DNA from: Nitrospirota bacterium
GTDB lineage: Bacteria; Nitrospirota; JACRHJ01
Direction of reading: 5' to 3'
Assembly (NCBI GenBank): GCA_021789495.1
Contig: JAJYJM010000007.1
Location: 10,230 to 74,229, forward strand
DNA length: 64,000 bases
In this document: one piece after another, positions 43,111 to 53,312 of the stretch
How the letters are laid out: every line of letters begins with the position of its first letter
How positions within the stretch are numbered: position 1 is the first letter of the stretch
Translations under genes and position numbers: made by a program
Notes under the pieces: model-generated
Told to the model about the DNA's origin: nothing
What the model saw: the letters and a program-made list of their open reading frames with translations, nothing else
Databases searched by the model: none

Positions 43111-44310
43111 TTACTCTATTATATCCGCGACGACGCCGGCGCCGACGGTTCTGCCGCCTTCGCGTATGGCGAAACGGAGTTCCTTCTCGCACGCTATCGG
43201 CGTGATAAGATCCACTTCCATCGAAACATTATCGCCCGGCATCACCATCTCCACTCCATCGGGAAGCTTCACGACTCCCGTCACGTCCGTCGTCCGGAAG
43301 TAGAACTGAGGACGATACCCGTTGAAGAAAGGAGTGTGCCTGCCGCCCTCTTCCTTCGTCAGGATATACGCCTCCGCCTTGAACTTCGTGTGCGGCGTGA
43401 TCGACTTGGGCTTCGCGAGAACCATACCGCGCTCAACCTCTTCCTTCTTCGTGCCGCGAAGAAGAACCCCAATGTTGTCGCCCGCCTGGCCCTGGTCGAG
43501 AAGCTTCCGGAACATCTCCACGCCCGTAACGATCGTCTTCTGCGTGTCCCGTATGCCGACTATCTCGACCTCGTCGCCGACCTTCACAATGCCGCGCTCA
43601 ACCCTGCCCGTTACGACAGTGCCGCGTCCCGAAATCGTGAACACGTCCTCCACAGGCATCAAAAACGGCTTATCTATCGCGCGCTCCGGCGTCGGAATGT
43701 AGCTGTCAACCGCGTCCATCAGATCCCAGATGCACTTATACTCAGCCGCGGCAGGGTCCGTGGACGCAGACTCAAGAGCCTTCAGCGCGCTCCCCTTCAC
43801 GATGGGTATGTCGTCGCCCGGAAACTCATACTTGCTTAAGAGCTCCCTAAGCTCAAGCTCCACAAGCTCGAGTAACTCAGGGTCGTCCACCATGTCAACC
43901 TTGTTCATGAACACCACTATATATGGAACGCCGACCTGACGCGCAAGAAGTATGTGCTCCCGCGTCTGCGGCATCGGACCGTCCGCAGCAGAAACAACCA
44001 GTATCGCGCCGTCCATCTGCGCCGCGCCCGTTATCATGTTCTTCACGTAGTCCGCATGGCCGGGGCAGTCGACGTGAGCATAGTGACGGTTCCCCGTCTC
44101 ATACTCCACGTGAGCAGTCGCTATCGTTATGCCGCGCTCACGCTCCTCAGGAGCCTTGTCTATCTGGTCGAATGCCGTAAACTTCGCCTGACCCTTCGTC
44201 GCAAGCGTCTTCGTTATCGCCGCCGTCAACGTCGTCTTACCGTGATCTACATGACCTATCGTCCCAACATTGACATGCGGCTTCTTCCTCTCAAACTTCT
44301 CCTTTGCCAT
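43111..44310 (-). CDS. tuf: Elongation factor Tu (copy 2; CDS identical to copy 1)
   Basis: The 399-aa product is identical to the 26471..27670 product. The flanks diverge exactly at the start and stop codons. Confidence 0.98.
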   Translation of the reverse strand: MAKEKFERKKPHVNVGTIGHVDHGKTTLTAAITKTLATKGQAKFTAFDQIDKAPEERERGITIATAHVEYETGNRHYAHVDCPGHADYVKNMITGAAQMDGAILVVSAADGPMPQTREHILLARQVGVPYIVVFMNKVDMVDDPELLELVELELRELLSKYEFPGDDIPIVKGSALKALESASTDPAAAEYKCIWDLMDAVDSYIPTPERAIDKPFLMPVEDVFTISGRGTVVTGRVERGIVKVGDEVEIVGIRDTQKTIVTGVEMFRKLLDQGQAGDNIGVLLRGTKKEEVERGMVLAKPKSITPHTKFKAEAYILTKEEGGRHTPFFNGYRPQFYFRTTDVTGVVKLPDGVEMVMPGDNVSMEVDLITPIACEKELRFAIREGGRTVGAGVVADIIE

Positions 44311-44411
44311 GCTCACCCCCTGAAAAGGAAATACACGAAGGTGCAAACCCTCCCCGCGTCCGGTTCAATGCCGTTTTCGCCGGAAGACTTTCCCCTCGCC
44401 TGACTGTTTCC

Positions 44412-44487
<76 letters not shown>

Positions 44488-44501
44488 CTGCTTTTCTTTC
44501 A

Positions 44502-45752
44502 CTACCTGCCCAAGTCTTCGCGCCACTCCCGCTCAAATTCCGGGAGGCTCACGCCCGCGGCATATTTCATGGCCCCGGATACGTCCTTGCCCTTGCCCAT
44601 GTCCTTCAAAAGCTGGGAGAGGCTGTATATCCCGTATGTATTTACGTAATACCTTACGGCAGAGAGCGATTCGGCGTATGCCTCCCTCGCCTTTGTCGCG
44701 TCAAGCTTCGCAAACGTCGAATCAAGGCTGCTTAGCGGCACGGGCGTAAAATCGCCAGACTTGCGCCGACTGGCCCAGTGTTCCTCGTACTGCGCTACCC
44801 CTTCGTCCAGCCAGGCAGGCACATGACCGCTTATCTCCGTGTGTATCACGGCATGAGTGTATTCGTGGTGAAGCACAGCCGAAAGCGCCGTCCTGTCTAT
44901 CATGCCGCCGCCCGCGGGTATCCTGATGTTGCCGTCGAAGATTCCGTCGGACCACGCCGGCGCGTGAGTTATATCGACAAACTGGCGCTTGGTATAGAGG
45001 ATGACGTTAACGGGCTCCTTCTGGTAGAAGTCGAGGTCGCTCCCGACATCCGACGCGACATCCTGAAGGATGTCAAGCACAAACTCGCCCAGTTTTCTGT
45101 CTTCCTCGCCGTCGTATTTTAAATTGAAGTTATAGGTTTCCCTCTTTGTGAAGGAGCCTTCAACTCCAAGCTCTTTACTGGCCTTCGCAAGCAGGCCCTG
45201 TATGACCTTGTCCTGCGGCTTGTCCTGGAGGGCCTGTTCCCACTCCGAGACGGCGTCCCTGAGTCGCCCCTGTTTATAATAAACCTCGCCCTTGAGCGTC
45301 CGGGCCTGCGCGCTGGAAGGCTTCAGGTAAAGCGCCTCGTCGAGATAACCCTGCGCGTCGTCCATCTGCTCCAGGCGATAGGAGCAGTATGCAAGCCCGA
45401 AATACGTCGAGAACTCCTTCTCCGGCTCGTCAAGGCGCGCCTTCCCGAAGTCCTCAAGCGCTTCCTTGAAATCTCCGGCGTTTAACCTCTTCCAGCCCCG
45501 CCCGTCGTATGCCTGGGCGAGGAGAGTTTTGTAGTCGTCGTCGAACGGGTCCTGGAATCCGGCGCCTTCAAGTATCTTTATCGCGCCGTCGAAGTCCCCG
45601 GCGTTAAGCGCCTGTATCGCCCGCCCCTTTGTCGTCCCGGCCTGCGCACTTATCACGGAATCGTCGGCGCGGCCATTCACGGCGAACGGCAGTATCGCAA
45701 AAAATACCGCAAGAGCCGCGAAAACAACTTTATATAGCGGAAGCCGGGTCAT
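44502..45752 (-). CDS. Secreted TPR-repeat protein with a C-terminal gluzincin (HExxH...E, Peptidase_MA-like) domain
   Basis: The internal ATG at 45752 gives a signal peptide MTRLPLYKVVFAALAVFFAIL, then TPR-like repeats, then HHEYTHAVIH...LDEGVAQYEE. The longer ORF N-terminus overlaps the tRNA genes. Confidence 0.8.
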   Translation of the reverse strand: MTRLPLYKVVFAALAVFFAILPFAVNGRADDSVISAQAGTTKGRAIQALNAGDFDGAIKILEGAGFQDPFDDDYKTLLAQAYDGRGWKRLNAGDFKEALEDFGKARLDEPEKEFSTYFGLAYCSYRLEQMDDAQGYLDEALYLKPSSAQARTLKGEVYYKQGRLRDAVSEWEQALQDKPQDKVIQGLLAKASKELGVEGSFTKRETYNFNLKYDGEEDRKLGEFVLDILQDVASDVGSDLDFYQKEPVNVILYTKRQFVDITHAPAWSDGIFDGNIRIPAGGGMIDRTALSAVLHHEYTHAVIHTEISGHVPAWLDEGVAQYEEHWASRRKSGDFTPVPLSSLDSTFAKLDATKAREAYAESLSAVRYYVNTYGIYSLSQLLKDMGKGKDVSGAMKYAAGVSLPEFEREWREDLGR

Positions 45753-45787
45753 CGAACCCCTCTTGCGCCCCCCGGCCCGCGGCGTTA

Positions 45788-45863
45788 TGGAGCGGGCGAC
45801 GGGGCTCGAACCCGCGACCCCCAGCTTGGAAGGCTGGCGCTCTACCAACTGAGCTACACCCGC
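45788..45863 (-). tRNA. tRNA-Gly (anticodon TCC)
   Basis: GCGGGTGTAGCTCAGTTGGTAGAGC...CUUCCAA loop...TTCGAGC...CGCCCGCTCCA. Confidence 0.9.
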
Positions 45864-45881
45864 AAGACTAATCAAATTAGA

Positions 45882-45968
45882 TGGTGGGGAGGGGAGGGTT
45901 CGAACCTCCGTAGGTGCAAGACCGGCAGATTTACAGTCTGCTGCCATTAACCGCTCGGCCACCTCCCC
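45882..45968 (-). tRNA. tRNA-Tyr (anticodon GTA) with a long variable arm
   Basis: GGGGAGGTGGCCGAGCGG...GACUGUAAAUC...long variable arm...TTCGAAC...CCTCCCCACCA. Confidence 0.9.
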
Positions 45969-46116
45969 GTTCAAGCCGCCTGCGGGGGAATCCATCGGGC
46001 GACATCTTATACATTATAGCCGAAATTTTGTCAACCCTTTATTTCTAAAGGATTTAAAAAGCGCCACGCGCAGGATTAAAACGCTGCCCGCCTCCCCCTG
46101 CCGCCCGCCGTAGAAC

Positions 46117-46192
46117 TGGAGCTGGCGAGAGGGGTCGAACCTCCGACCTGCTGATTACAAGTCAGCTGCTCTACCAACTGAGCTACGCCAGC
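46117..46192 (-). tRNA. tRNA-Thr (anticodon TGT)
   Basis: GCTGGCGTAGCTCAGTTGGTAGAGC...ACUUGUAAU loop...TTCGACC...CGCCAGCTCCA. Confidence 0.9.
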
Positions 46193-46329
46193 GCGCCTTT
46201 TTTCACAGAAGTTGTTTATTTTATAGGAAAATCAACGGCAAGTCAAGGAAAAAGAGAGAAGACGCGCAGGTTCATTTAAGCCTCGATTGCGATTCCGTAG
46301 GGGCTTAAGTTCTATGCGCCCGGCATTAC

Positions 46330-46357
46330 CCGTCATTCCCGCGAAAGCGGGAACCCG
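46330..46357. repeat. dRS3-like palindromic element (opposite orientation) upstream of the tRNA operon
   Basis: CCCGTCATTCCCGCGAAAGCGGGAACCC. Confidence 0.8.
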
Positions 46358-46375
46358 GCGGTTTTATATATTAAA

Positions 46376-46401
46376 GGGCCGACACGCGGGTCGGCCCCTA
46401 C
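46376..46401. repeat. Hairpin repeat family 2 copy (GGGCCGACACGCGGGTCGGCCCCTAC)
   Basis: Near-identical to 12893..12918; sits 19 bp from the dRS3-like copy. Confidence 0.7.
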
Positions 46402-46518
46402 GAAAATCATCGGGACCCGTTCAGAGGCGTCCGGGGAATTTCGATATGATTTACTTATAACACCGGGCCGAACGCCAATAGTAAATCTAATCGGTCGGGG
46501 AAGTTCATTGTCAATAGC

Positions 46519-46544
46519 AATTCCCGATTGCATTCGGAAACCGC
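46519..46544. repeat. Possible degenerate dRS3-like copy (ATTCCCG-ATTGCATT-CGGAAA)
   Basis: Weak match to the split-palindrome variant seen at 17266. Confidence 0.3.
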
Positions 46545-46807
46545 CGATTCTTCAAGGTAAAATTAGTAAAAATCACAATTTTCCCCCGGCATCGAAAACG
46601 GGCCTCTGCGGGCTGGTTTCAGGGCAAAAACCGGGCGAGGGGAAAGGGTGATTTTTTATGGGGAAAAACGGGCTTCTCCTTGTTTGGCAAGGGGTTACAC
46701 GTTACATAAACAATCGCTTATTTGACGGAAGCGATTTTATAACCCGTTGGAAAATAAGGATTTTATTTTCAGAATTCCGCCGTTTTCGAGATTATATAAA
46801 CAAATTT

Positions 46808-48238
46808 TTATATTACTGCCGAAATTGCCCTCTGCCGCAGGACTTCATACAGCATAACTCCAGCCGCCACCGAGACATTCAGCGACGAGACCTTGCCGAA
46901 CATAGGCAGGGACACGAGCAAATCGCAGGAATTCCTGACAACGGGCCTTATCCCCGCGCCCTCGCCGCCCAGGACAAGGGCAATGGGCACGGTCAGGTCC
47001 GGCTTGCTATAAATCTCGGTCGCATCCCCGGAAAGCCCGACGATCCAGAACCCTTTTTCCTTCAGGAAATTCAGGTAGTTGGCAAGGTTCGGCACCTTCG
47101 CCACCGGCATATGCTCCAGTGCCCCCGCAGAAGCCTTCGCAACGGCGGAGGTCAGGTGCGCGGCCCTGTGCTCCGGGATTATCACCCCGTCCGCGCCCGC
47201 GCCCTCGGCAGTGCGGATTATAGCCCCAAGATTCTGCGGGTCTTCGACTCCGTCAAGCACTACCAGCAGGGGAGATTTCTCTTTCTTTACGGCACCTTCC
47301 GCGAGCCTGTACGGATCGGCATATTCCTTCGGCGGCACCGTCGCCACGACGCCCTGGTGCCGCACGCCGAAGGCCATTTTATCAAGCGCGGCCCTCGGCA
47401 CAACCCGCGTCTGGACGCCCTTTTCCCTTGCAATTGCAAGAAGTTGCTCAAACTGACTCCCGCCCTTGTCCTTGTCGATAAACAGGGTGTCAACCGGGCG
47501 GCTGCCAGAGCGCAGAAGCTCAATAACCGAATTAATTCCGGCAATTATACCTTCCTCGGCCTGCGGTGAGACAAAGGATTCGGCTGAGAACCTCTCCGGC
47601 GGCGCGGGCGCGAGATCGCCTCTGTTTTGGGACATCGGGGCCTGTTTTTCATACGCCGGGGCAGGCCTGAAGCGGCCAGAGGAGACGCTCCTCTCGCCGG
47701 TTCCTCTTCCACGCGCCGCATCCCTTCCGGGACGGAAATCACGCCTTCCGGGAGTCGGTTGTTCAGCCCTTGCACGCCTTGGATAATCTTCTCTTCCGGA
47801 AATTGGCCGGTCGCTTCTGCGCGGTCCTGCAAATTCTCCTTTACGGGGATATGACTCCCTGCCGACAGTGGGAAAATCTCGCGCGGCTTCCCCTCTGCGA
47901 TGAACAGCCGCTTCCCTTTTTCCGGGACCCGACTGTTCTCTTCTGTCCGGTCCCGGCCTTTTGCTTTTATGTTCCGGGATATCCGACCAGCGCGGGGTCG
48001 CTGAAGAACCTTCGCGTTTCTTGCCGGATTGAGACGAAGGGGAAAACCCTCCCTGCCTCATTGCGCGGGGCTGCCTTGGGCCCCCAGGCCCTCTTGAGCC
48101 TCCGGATGCGCCGCCTCCGGACTTTCCAGACCTTGTTCCGCCGCCGGAACTTCTACCTCCGCCGCCCTGAAAACTCCTACCCGGCCCTCTTCCGGAGCCG
48201 GCGGAGGAGCCGCCGCGGCTTACTCTTTTATCTGCCAT
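46808..48238 (-). CDS. rlmB: TrmH/SpoU-family 23S rRNA (Gm2251) methyltransferase RlmB with an approximately 230-aa Arg/Gly/Ser-rich N-terminal extension
   Basis: The C-terminal 245 aa match RlmB (…LDGVEDPQNLGAIIRTAEGAGADGVII…SLNVSVAAGVMLYE). The N-terminal RGG-box-like region is in frame. The true start might instead be the internal ATG (MSQNRGDL…). Confidence 0.75.
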   Translation of the reverse strand: MADKRVSRGGSSAGSGRGPGRSFQGGGGRSSGGGTRSGKSGGGASGGSRGPGGPRQPRAMRQGGFSPSSQSGKKREGSSATPRWSDIPEHKSKRPGPDRREQSGPGKREAAVHRRGEAARDFPTVGRESYPRKGEFAGPRRSDRPISGREDYPRRARAEQPTPGRRDFRPGRDAARGRGTGERSVSSGRFRPAPAYEKQAPMSQNRGDLAPAPPERFSAESFVSPQAEEGIIAGINSVIELLRSGSRPVDTLFIDKDKGGSQFEQLLAIAREKGVQTRVVPRAALDKMAFGVRHQGVVATVPPKEYADPYRLAEGAVKKEKSPLLVVLDGVEDPQNLGAIIRTAEGAGADGVIIPEHRAAHLTSAVAKASAGALEHMPVAKVPNLANYLNFLKEKGFWIVGLSGDATEIYSKPDLTVPIALVLGGEGAGIRPVVRNSCDLLVSLPMFGKVSSLNVSVAAGVMLYEVLRQRAISAVI

Positions 48239-49773
48239 TTTGTCCCTTCCGGGGAATCGAGAAGCTCTATCCCCATAACTGCCAGGAGATTCCGTATTTC
48301 GTCAGCCTTTTTCCAGTCTTTCGAGGAGCGCGCGGCGTTCCTGTCGGCTATGAATTTGTCGATAACGCCGGAGCCCAGGGCGCCGTCCGGGGCCAGTTCC
48401 ACGCCGAACGCGGAAAGGCCGTTCCTTATCCCGAGAAGCCTCTCGCCGTCGGCCTTTATATGTATTTTTGCATGGCTCCGCCCGAACCAGTCCTCCGGGT
48501 CTCTGCCGAAGAGGTTCAGGACTTTCGATGCCGCCGAAAGCGCGTCCCTCGCATGGGCAAGGGCGTCTTTTATGTGCGGGTCCGCCCTCATAAGCTCCGT
48601 ATCCGAGAGCGCCCTGTTTATATCCCGCACCATCTCGAACACGCTTCCGATGGCGGACGCGGTATTGAAGTCGTCGTCCATCGCCTCGTCGAATTTCCTT
48701 AAGAATTCGTCCCCGGCCTTTATCAGCGCGCCCGCCGCCGGGGATATTTCTTCTTTCGTATACGGGCCGGGCTTGTAATTTACGCCTACGGCGTTATTCA
48801 GGGCCTCCATCATGGTATAGAAGCGGTCGAGAGCGCTTCTGCCGTCCTGAAGGCTCTGGTCGGAGAAGTCGATAGGGTTCCTGTAATGCGTGGACAGCAG
48901 GAAGAACCTGATTACCTCAGGGTCGTATAAATCCAGTATCTCTTTTATCGTGAAGAAATTGCCAAGCGACTTGGACATCTTCTCGCGGTTCACGTTCACG
49001 AACCCGTTGTGCATCCAGTAGCGCACGAAGGGCTTTCCCGTCGCGCCTTCGGCCTGCGCTATTTCGTTTTCGTGATGCGGGAACTGCAGGTCCATGCCTC
49101 CGGCGTGGATGTCGAAGGTCTCGCCAAGGTGCATCATGGACATGGCGGAGCACTCGATATGCCAGCCTGGCCGTCCCTTGCCCCACGGGGAATCCCATGC
49201 GGGCTCACCGGGTTTGGACGCCTTCCAGAGGACGAAATCGAGCGGGTCGGTCTTCATCTCGTTTACGTCCACCCGCGCGCCGGAGAGCATGTCGTCGATG
49301 GTCTTCTTCGAGAGCTTTCCGTATCCCTGGAACTTCCTGACGGAGAAGAAGACGTCGCCGCCGGATTCGTATGCCAGCCCGCGGGCGACGAGTCTCTCCA
49401 CCAGGTCTATGATAGCCTGGATGTGTTCAGTGGCCTTCGGCTCGATGTCCGGCCTGTCAACTCCAAGCCTTTCCATGTCCTTTATGTATTCGTCCGTGTA
49501 TTTCTCGGCTATCTCCTTCCAGGTCATGTCGCTTTCATGCGCCCTCTTTATTATCTTGTCGTCCACGTCCGTGAAGTTCCGGGCGTATTTGACAATATAT
49601 CCCTTGCGCTGGAGGTATTTGCGGACGACGTCAAAGACGACGGCGCCCCTCGCATGGCCGAGGTGGCTGTGGTCGTAGACGGTCACGCCGCATGCGTACA
49701 TGCGGACTTCCTTGTCCGTCATCGGCACAAACTGCTCCTTGCGGGAGGAAAGCGTATTGAAGATTCTCAGCAT
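48220..49773 (-). CDS. cysS: Cysteine--tRNA ligase
   Basis: 517 aa with HLGH and KMSKS motifs; TAATG coupling with the cysE stop. Confidence 0.95.
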   Translation of the reverse strand: MLRIFNTLSSRKEQFVPMTDKEVRMYACGVTVYDHSHLGHARGAVVFDVVRKYLQRKGYIVKYARNFTDVDDKIIKRAHESDMTWKEIAEKYTDEYIKDMERLGVDRPDIEPKATEHIQAIIDLVERLVARGLAYESGGDVFFSVRKFQGYGKLSKKTIDDMLSGARVDVNEMKTDPLDFVLWKASKPGEPAWDSPWGKGRPGWHIECSAMSMMHLGETFDIHAGGMDLQFPHHENEIAQAEGATGKPFVRYWMHNGFVNVNREKMSKSLGNFFTIKEILDLYDPEVIRFFLLSTHYRNPIDFSDQSLQDGRSALDRFYTMMEALNNAVGVNYKPGPYTKEEISPAAGALIKAGDEFLRKFDEAMDDDFNTASAIGSVFEMVRDINRALSDTELMRADPHIKDALAHARDALSAASKVLNLFGRDPEDWFGRSHAKIHIKADGERLLGIRNGLSAFGVELAPDGALGSGVIDKFIADRNAARSSKDWKKADEIRNLLAVMGIELLDSPEGTKWQIKE

Positions 49774-50960
49774 TATTCTTCGCCGCCGGACGGCTGACCC
49801 TCAGGGCCGGCTTCGGATTTGACCGCCGCGAGAGGCGCGGAAGGCGCGGGCCTTTCAACCGGCAACCGGGCTGATATGCTCTCTCCTTCGCTATCGGGCG
49901 TCCGGTCGCCGCCGGTAGACCGGCCTCCGCCGCCGGCCACCACCTCGGCTATCTGTTCCTGCACCCTCGGCGCTTCTCCCGTCCTCCTTGGGCGGCGCCT
50001 GCGGCGGCTCTTTTTCTTGAAGGGCGCCGCCTGCGCATCCTGCCCGGCGGACTGAGGCCGGTCTATCGGCACCGTCTCCTGGGGGAGGGCTACGGCAGTA
50101 TCGCGCTTTTTCAAGGTCTGGGCCTTCATCCGCTCGACGCGCTCCATCCTCGCCATGCGGGCATGTCTCTCCTGCACCGTCTCGGCGGTTAAGTGTTCCA
50201 CTTCTTCCCTTATCCTCGAAAGGGCCTCAGGCTTTGGCGGCCTGAGCTGCCTTTTCTCGTGGCGCGGGGGCTTATCCTGCCTCTGTCTCTCCGGCCACGG
50301 CCTGTCCTTTTCAGCCGCCGGAGCCTCCTGAAGCCCAAGCTTCTGCTCAAGACGGCTTATACTCTTCTGCATCCTGACAAGGGCCTCGTTCAGCGGGTCG
50401 GGCATGTGGACGTGGTCGAGCATGGAGGCTTCCATCATCTTCTCGCCGTGAATCTTCACTACCCTCCCCGGAACTCCGACTACAGTGGAATGGGGCGGGA
50501 CGGACTTCAGCACGACGGCGTTCGCGCCTATTTTGACGTGGTCTCCAATGGTAATCGCGCCCAGAATCTTTGCGCCCGTGCCCACGACTACGTGATTCCC
50601 AAGCGTCGGGTGGCGCTTGCCGCGCTCCTTGCCCGTGCCGCCGAGGGTTACGCCCTGGAATATCACGACGTTCTCGCCTATCTCCGTCGTCTCGCCGATT
50701 ACGACGCCCATGCCGTGGTCTATGAAGAAGCTCTTGCCGATCTTCGCTGCGGGATGAATCTCGATGCCCGTAAAGAACCTTGTAGCCTGACTGAGCGCCC
50801 GCGCGAAAAACGGCATGCCCATCCTGTGCAGCCGGTGGGCGATTCTGTGCATGAGTATCGCGTGGAAGCCGGCGTAAGTAAAGATTACTTCAAGCCTGCT
50901 CGTGGCGGCAGGGTCCATCTCGAAGACGGCCCTGAAATCCGCCCTGACATTATCGAACAT
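49773..50960 (-). CDS. cysE: Serine O-acetyltransferase with an approximately 220-aa charged low-complexity C-terminal extension
   Basis: N-terminal 170 aa with hexapeptide-repeat SAT (…[20 protein letters not shown]…); the in-frame tail is rich in R/E/K/Q/P. Confidence 0.85.
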   Translation of the reverse strand: MFDNVRADFRAVFEMDPAATSRLEVIFTYAGFHAILMHRIAHRLHRMGMPFFARALSQATRFFTGIEIHPAAKIGKSFFIDHGMGVVIGETTEIGENVVIFQGVTLGGTGKERGKRHPTLGNHVVVGTGAKILGAITIGDHVKIGANAVVLKSVPPHSTVVGVPGRVVKIHGEKMMEASMLDHVHMPDPLNEALVRMQKSISRLEQKLGLQEAPAAEKDRPWPERQRQDKPPRHEKRQLRPPKPEALSRIREEVEHLTAETVQERHARMARMERVERMKAQTLKKRDTAVALPQETVPIDRPQSAGQDAQAAPFKKKSRRRRRPRRTGEAPRVQEQIAEVVAGGGGRSTGGDRTPDSEGESISARLPVERPAPSAPLAAVKSEAGPEGQPSGGEE

Positions 50961-50971
50961 TTTTTCCTCTT

Positions 50972-51460
50972 TTATTCCGATTCCATCAGGGTGCAGACCG
51001 CAAGCGCGGCGATGCCCTCGCCCCTGCCTTCGGGCCCAAGGCCTTCGGTGGTGGTGGCCTTTATGTTCACCCTGTCGCCGGTTATTCCCAGGTCCTCCGC
51101 CAGGTGTACCCTCATGGCGGGTATATGCGGGGCCAGCTTCGGAGCCTGCGCGACGATTATGGAATCAACGTTGTTTACTTTAAAATGCTTTCCCGCGAGC
51201 AGCCCTGCGACATTGCGCAGAAGTTCCCTGCTCGAAATCCCCTTGTAGGCCGGGTCGGTATCCGGGAAATTCGCCCCGATGTCCGGAAGACCCGCGGCCC
51301 CCAGGAGCGCGTCCATTACGGCGTGGATAAGGACGTCCGCGTCCGAGTGGCCGAGAAGTCCCTTGCCGTACGGGATCTCGACGCCGCCCAGAATCAGTTT
51401 TCGCCCCTCCACGAGCCTGTGGACGTCATAGCCGTTGCCTATTCTGACCCCCGGCCTCAT
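50972..51460 (-). CDS. ispF: 2-C-methyl-D-erythritol 2,4-cyclodiphosphate synthase
   Basis: …GNGYDVHRL…GHSDADV… motifs. Confidence 0.95.
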   Translation of the reverse strand: MRPGVRIGNGYDVHRLVEGRKLILGGVEIPYGKGLLGHSDADVLIHAVMDALLGAAGLPDIGANFPDTDPAYKGISSRELLRNVAGLLAGKHFKVNNVDSIIVAQAPKLAPHIPAMRVHLAEDLGITGDRVNIKATTTEGLGPEGRGEGIAALAVCTLMESE

Positions 51461-52287
51461 TTTTCGCAGCCCGCCTTCCCCGCCGCCCTAACCTCCGCCC
51501 CGGCCAGCCCGGCAAGGATGGCCTCTGCCAGTACCATGTCCTCCGGGGTGGTAATCTTGATATTGGCGTACGAGCCTGCGACAACCCTGACGGAACCGCC
51601 GTACCTCTCCACCAGCGAGGCCTCGTCGGTCCCGTAAAAACCGTCCGCGTATGCCTTCCTGAAGGCTTCGGCAATTACCCTGTACGGAAACGCCTGGGGA
51701 GTCTGGATGTGCCAGAGAAACCGCCTGTCCAGCGTCCTACGGACTAGGCGGTCCGGGCCGACCTCCTTCAGGGTATCCTTCGCGGGGACGGCGAGGACTG
51801 CGCCGTCGCACCCGTCAAGGGCAATTATGAGGGCCGAAACCATCTCGCGGGTCACGAACGGGCGGACGCCGTCGTGAACCATGACCCAGTCGCCGGGAGG
51901 CTCCATGGCCATCAGCCCGTTCCTGACCGAGTCCTGCCGCTCCCTTCCGCCGGGGACTACCCGCCTTACCTTCCTGAGTCCCTGGCCGTCCACGCACATC
52001 TCAAGGCATTCCTCCAGTTCCGGTTCCGGGACAATCGGGATTACCTCGCAGACCTCCGGCATGTTCTCGAAGCGCCTGAGCGTATGCGCGAGGACGGGCA
52101 GGCCGTTCAAGAGCAGGAACTGTTTCTTTATTCTCCCGCCCATACGACTGCCGGAACCCGCCGCCGGGACAAGCACCGTAACCGACTTCGGCGCGGGCTT
52201 CGGCCTCCCTGCCCCCTTTGCCGCCGTCGCCCCGTCTGCTCCCTTTGTCCCAGGCGCCGGTCTGCCGGCATCAGCTCGCGTTGACAA
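51457..52287 (-). CDS. ispD: 2-C-methyl-D-erythritol 4-phosphate cytidylyltransferase
   Basis: …[14 protein letters not shown]…; about 35-aa N-terminal extension, start uncertain. Confidence 0.9.
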   Translation of the reverse strand: MSTRADAGRPAPGTKGADGATAAKGAGRPKPAPKSVTVLVPAAGSGSRMGGRIKKQFLLLNGLPVLAHTLRRFENMPEVCEVIPIVPEPELEECLEMCVDGQGLRKVRRVVPGGRERQDSVRNGLMAMEPPGDWVMVHDGVRPFVTREMVSALIIALDGCDGAVLAVPAKDTLKEVGPDRLVRRTLDRRFLWHIQTPQAFPYRVIAEAFRKAYADGFYGTDEASLVERYGGSVRVVAGSYANIKITTPEDMVLAEAILAGLAGAEVRAAGKAGCEK

Positions 52288-53302
52288 CCTGGTATTCCTC
52301 TTTCTCGGTCTCTTCCTTGAGCCTTGTGAATATCATCCGCCCCGCGGTCGTCTGGAGCACCGACGTGACCGCCACGTCAACGGTCTTGCCGATGTGCTTC
52401 CTGCCGTTCTCCACGACAATCATCGTGCCGTCGTCCAAGTATCCCACGCCCTGGCCGAATTCCTTGCCTTCCTTAAGAACGAACACCCTCATAAGCTCGC
52501 CCGGCAGGACGACAGGCTTCACGGCGTTTGAAAGCTCGTTGATGTTCAGAACCGTCACGCCCTGGAGCTCCGCCACCTTGTTCAGGTTGAAGTCGTTCGT
52601 TATAATCTTCGCGTTCTTGACCTTCGCAAGCGCCACGAGCTTGGCATCGACCTCCCGTATCTTCGGGAAATCCTCCTCCACCACCCGCACGTCAAGCCCC
52701 GCCGTCTTCTGGATGCGGTGCAGGATGTCCAGCCCCCTCCTGCCCCTGGCCCTCTTCAAGGGGTCCGAGGAGTCAGCGATGTGCTGAAGCTCGTGGAGGA
52801 TGAACTGCGGTATCATAAATACGCCTTCTATGAAGCCGGTCTCGCAGATGTCGGCGATCCTGCCGTCGATTATGACGCTGGTGTCGAGAATCTTGATGTT
52901 CCCGGCCTCAGCCGAGGCCTTGAAGAGACCCATGGTCTTTCTGAAATCGAACTCTATGCCCTTCCTGGCGCCGAAGGCAAGCCCGAAATAGGCGAAGACA
53001 GTATATATGAAGAACCTCGTTATCCCCCCGACGGTGGCCGAAAGGGGCAGATTCTTTATAGGCACGCAGACGAGCGCGGCGAGCATGATGCCGAGGGCGA
53101 GGCCGATGACGGCGCCTGTCAATGCCCTGACCGGCGCCCTCCTTACGGCAAGCTCAAGGACGATGGCCGCCATGCCGACGGCCAGACCTATCCCCGCGCC
53201 AAGGAAGGTATCGCCTCCCAGGTTCGTCATCTGAGAGAATATAAGCTGCCCCATTATCGCTGCGACAGCGAGAAAAACCACCCTTATTACACTGAACATC
53301 AA
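52271..53302 (-). CDS. YacL-like membrane protein with PIN and TRAM domains
   Basis: Four N-terminal TM helices, a PIN (…[12 protein letters not shown]…ITNDFNL…) and a C-terminal TRAM; in the conserved yacL-ispD-ispF position. Confidence 0.8.
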   Translation of the reverse strand: MMFSVIRVVFLAVAAIMGQLIFSQMTNLGGDTFLGAGIGLAVGMAAIVLELAVRRAPVRALTGAVIGLALGIMLAALVCVPIKNLPLSATVGGITRFFIYTVFAYFGLAFGARKGIEFDFRKTMGLFKASAEAGNIKILDTSVIIDGRIADICETGFIEGVFMIPQFILHELQHIADSSDPLKRARGRRGLDILHRIQKTAGLDVRVVEEDFPKIREVDAKLVALAKVKNAKIITNDFNLNKVAELQGVTVLNINELSNAVKPVVLPGELMRVFVLKEGKEFGQGVGYLDDGTMIVVENGRKHIGKTVDVAVTSVLQTTAGRMIFTRLKEETEKEEYQVVNAS

Positions 53303-53312
53303 AAACCCCTTT

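Noticed and set aside
26471-44310. Second tuf copy as an assembly duplication artifact
   Set aside because: The flanking sequences are entirely different and each copy sits in a canonical context (fusA-tuf-rpsJ, and tRNA-Thr-tuf-rpmG-secE), as expected for genuine tufA/tufB paralogs.
46333-46533. 66-aa minus-strand ORF in the tRNA-operon upstream region
   Set aside because: It spans the two repeat elements and the promoter-like AT-rich DNA, with no SD or conserved features; most likely non-coding leader or promoter sequence.
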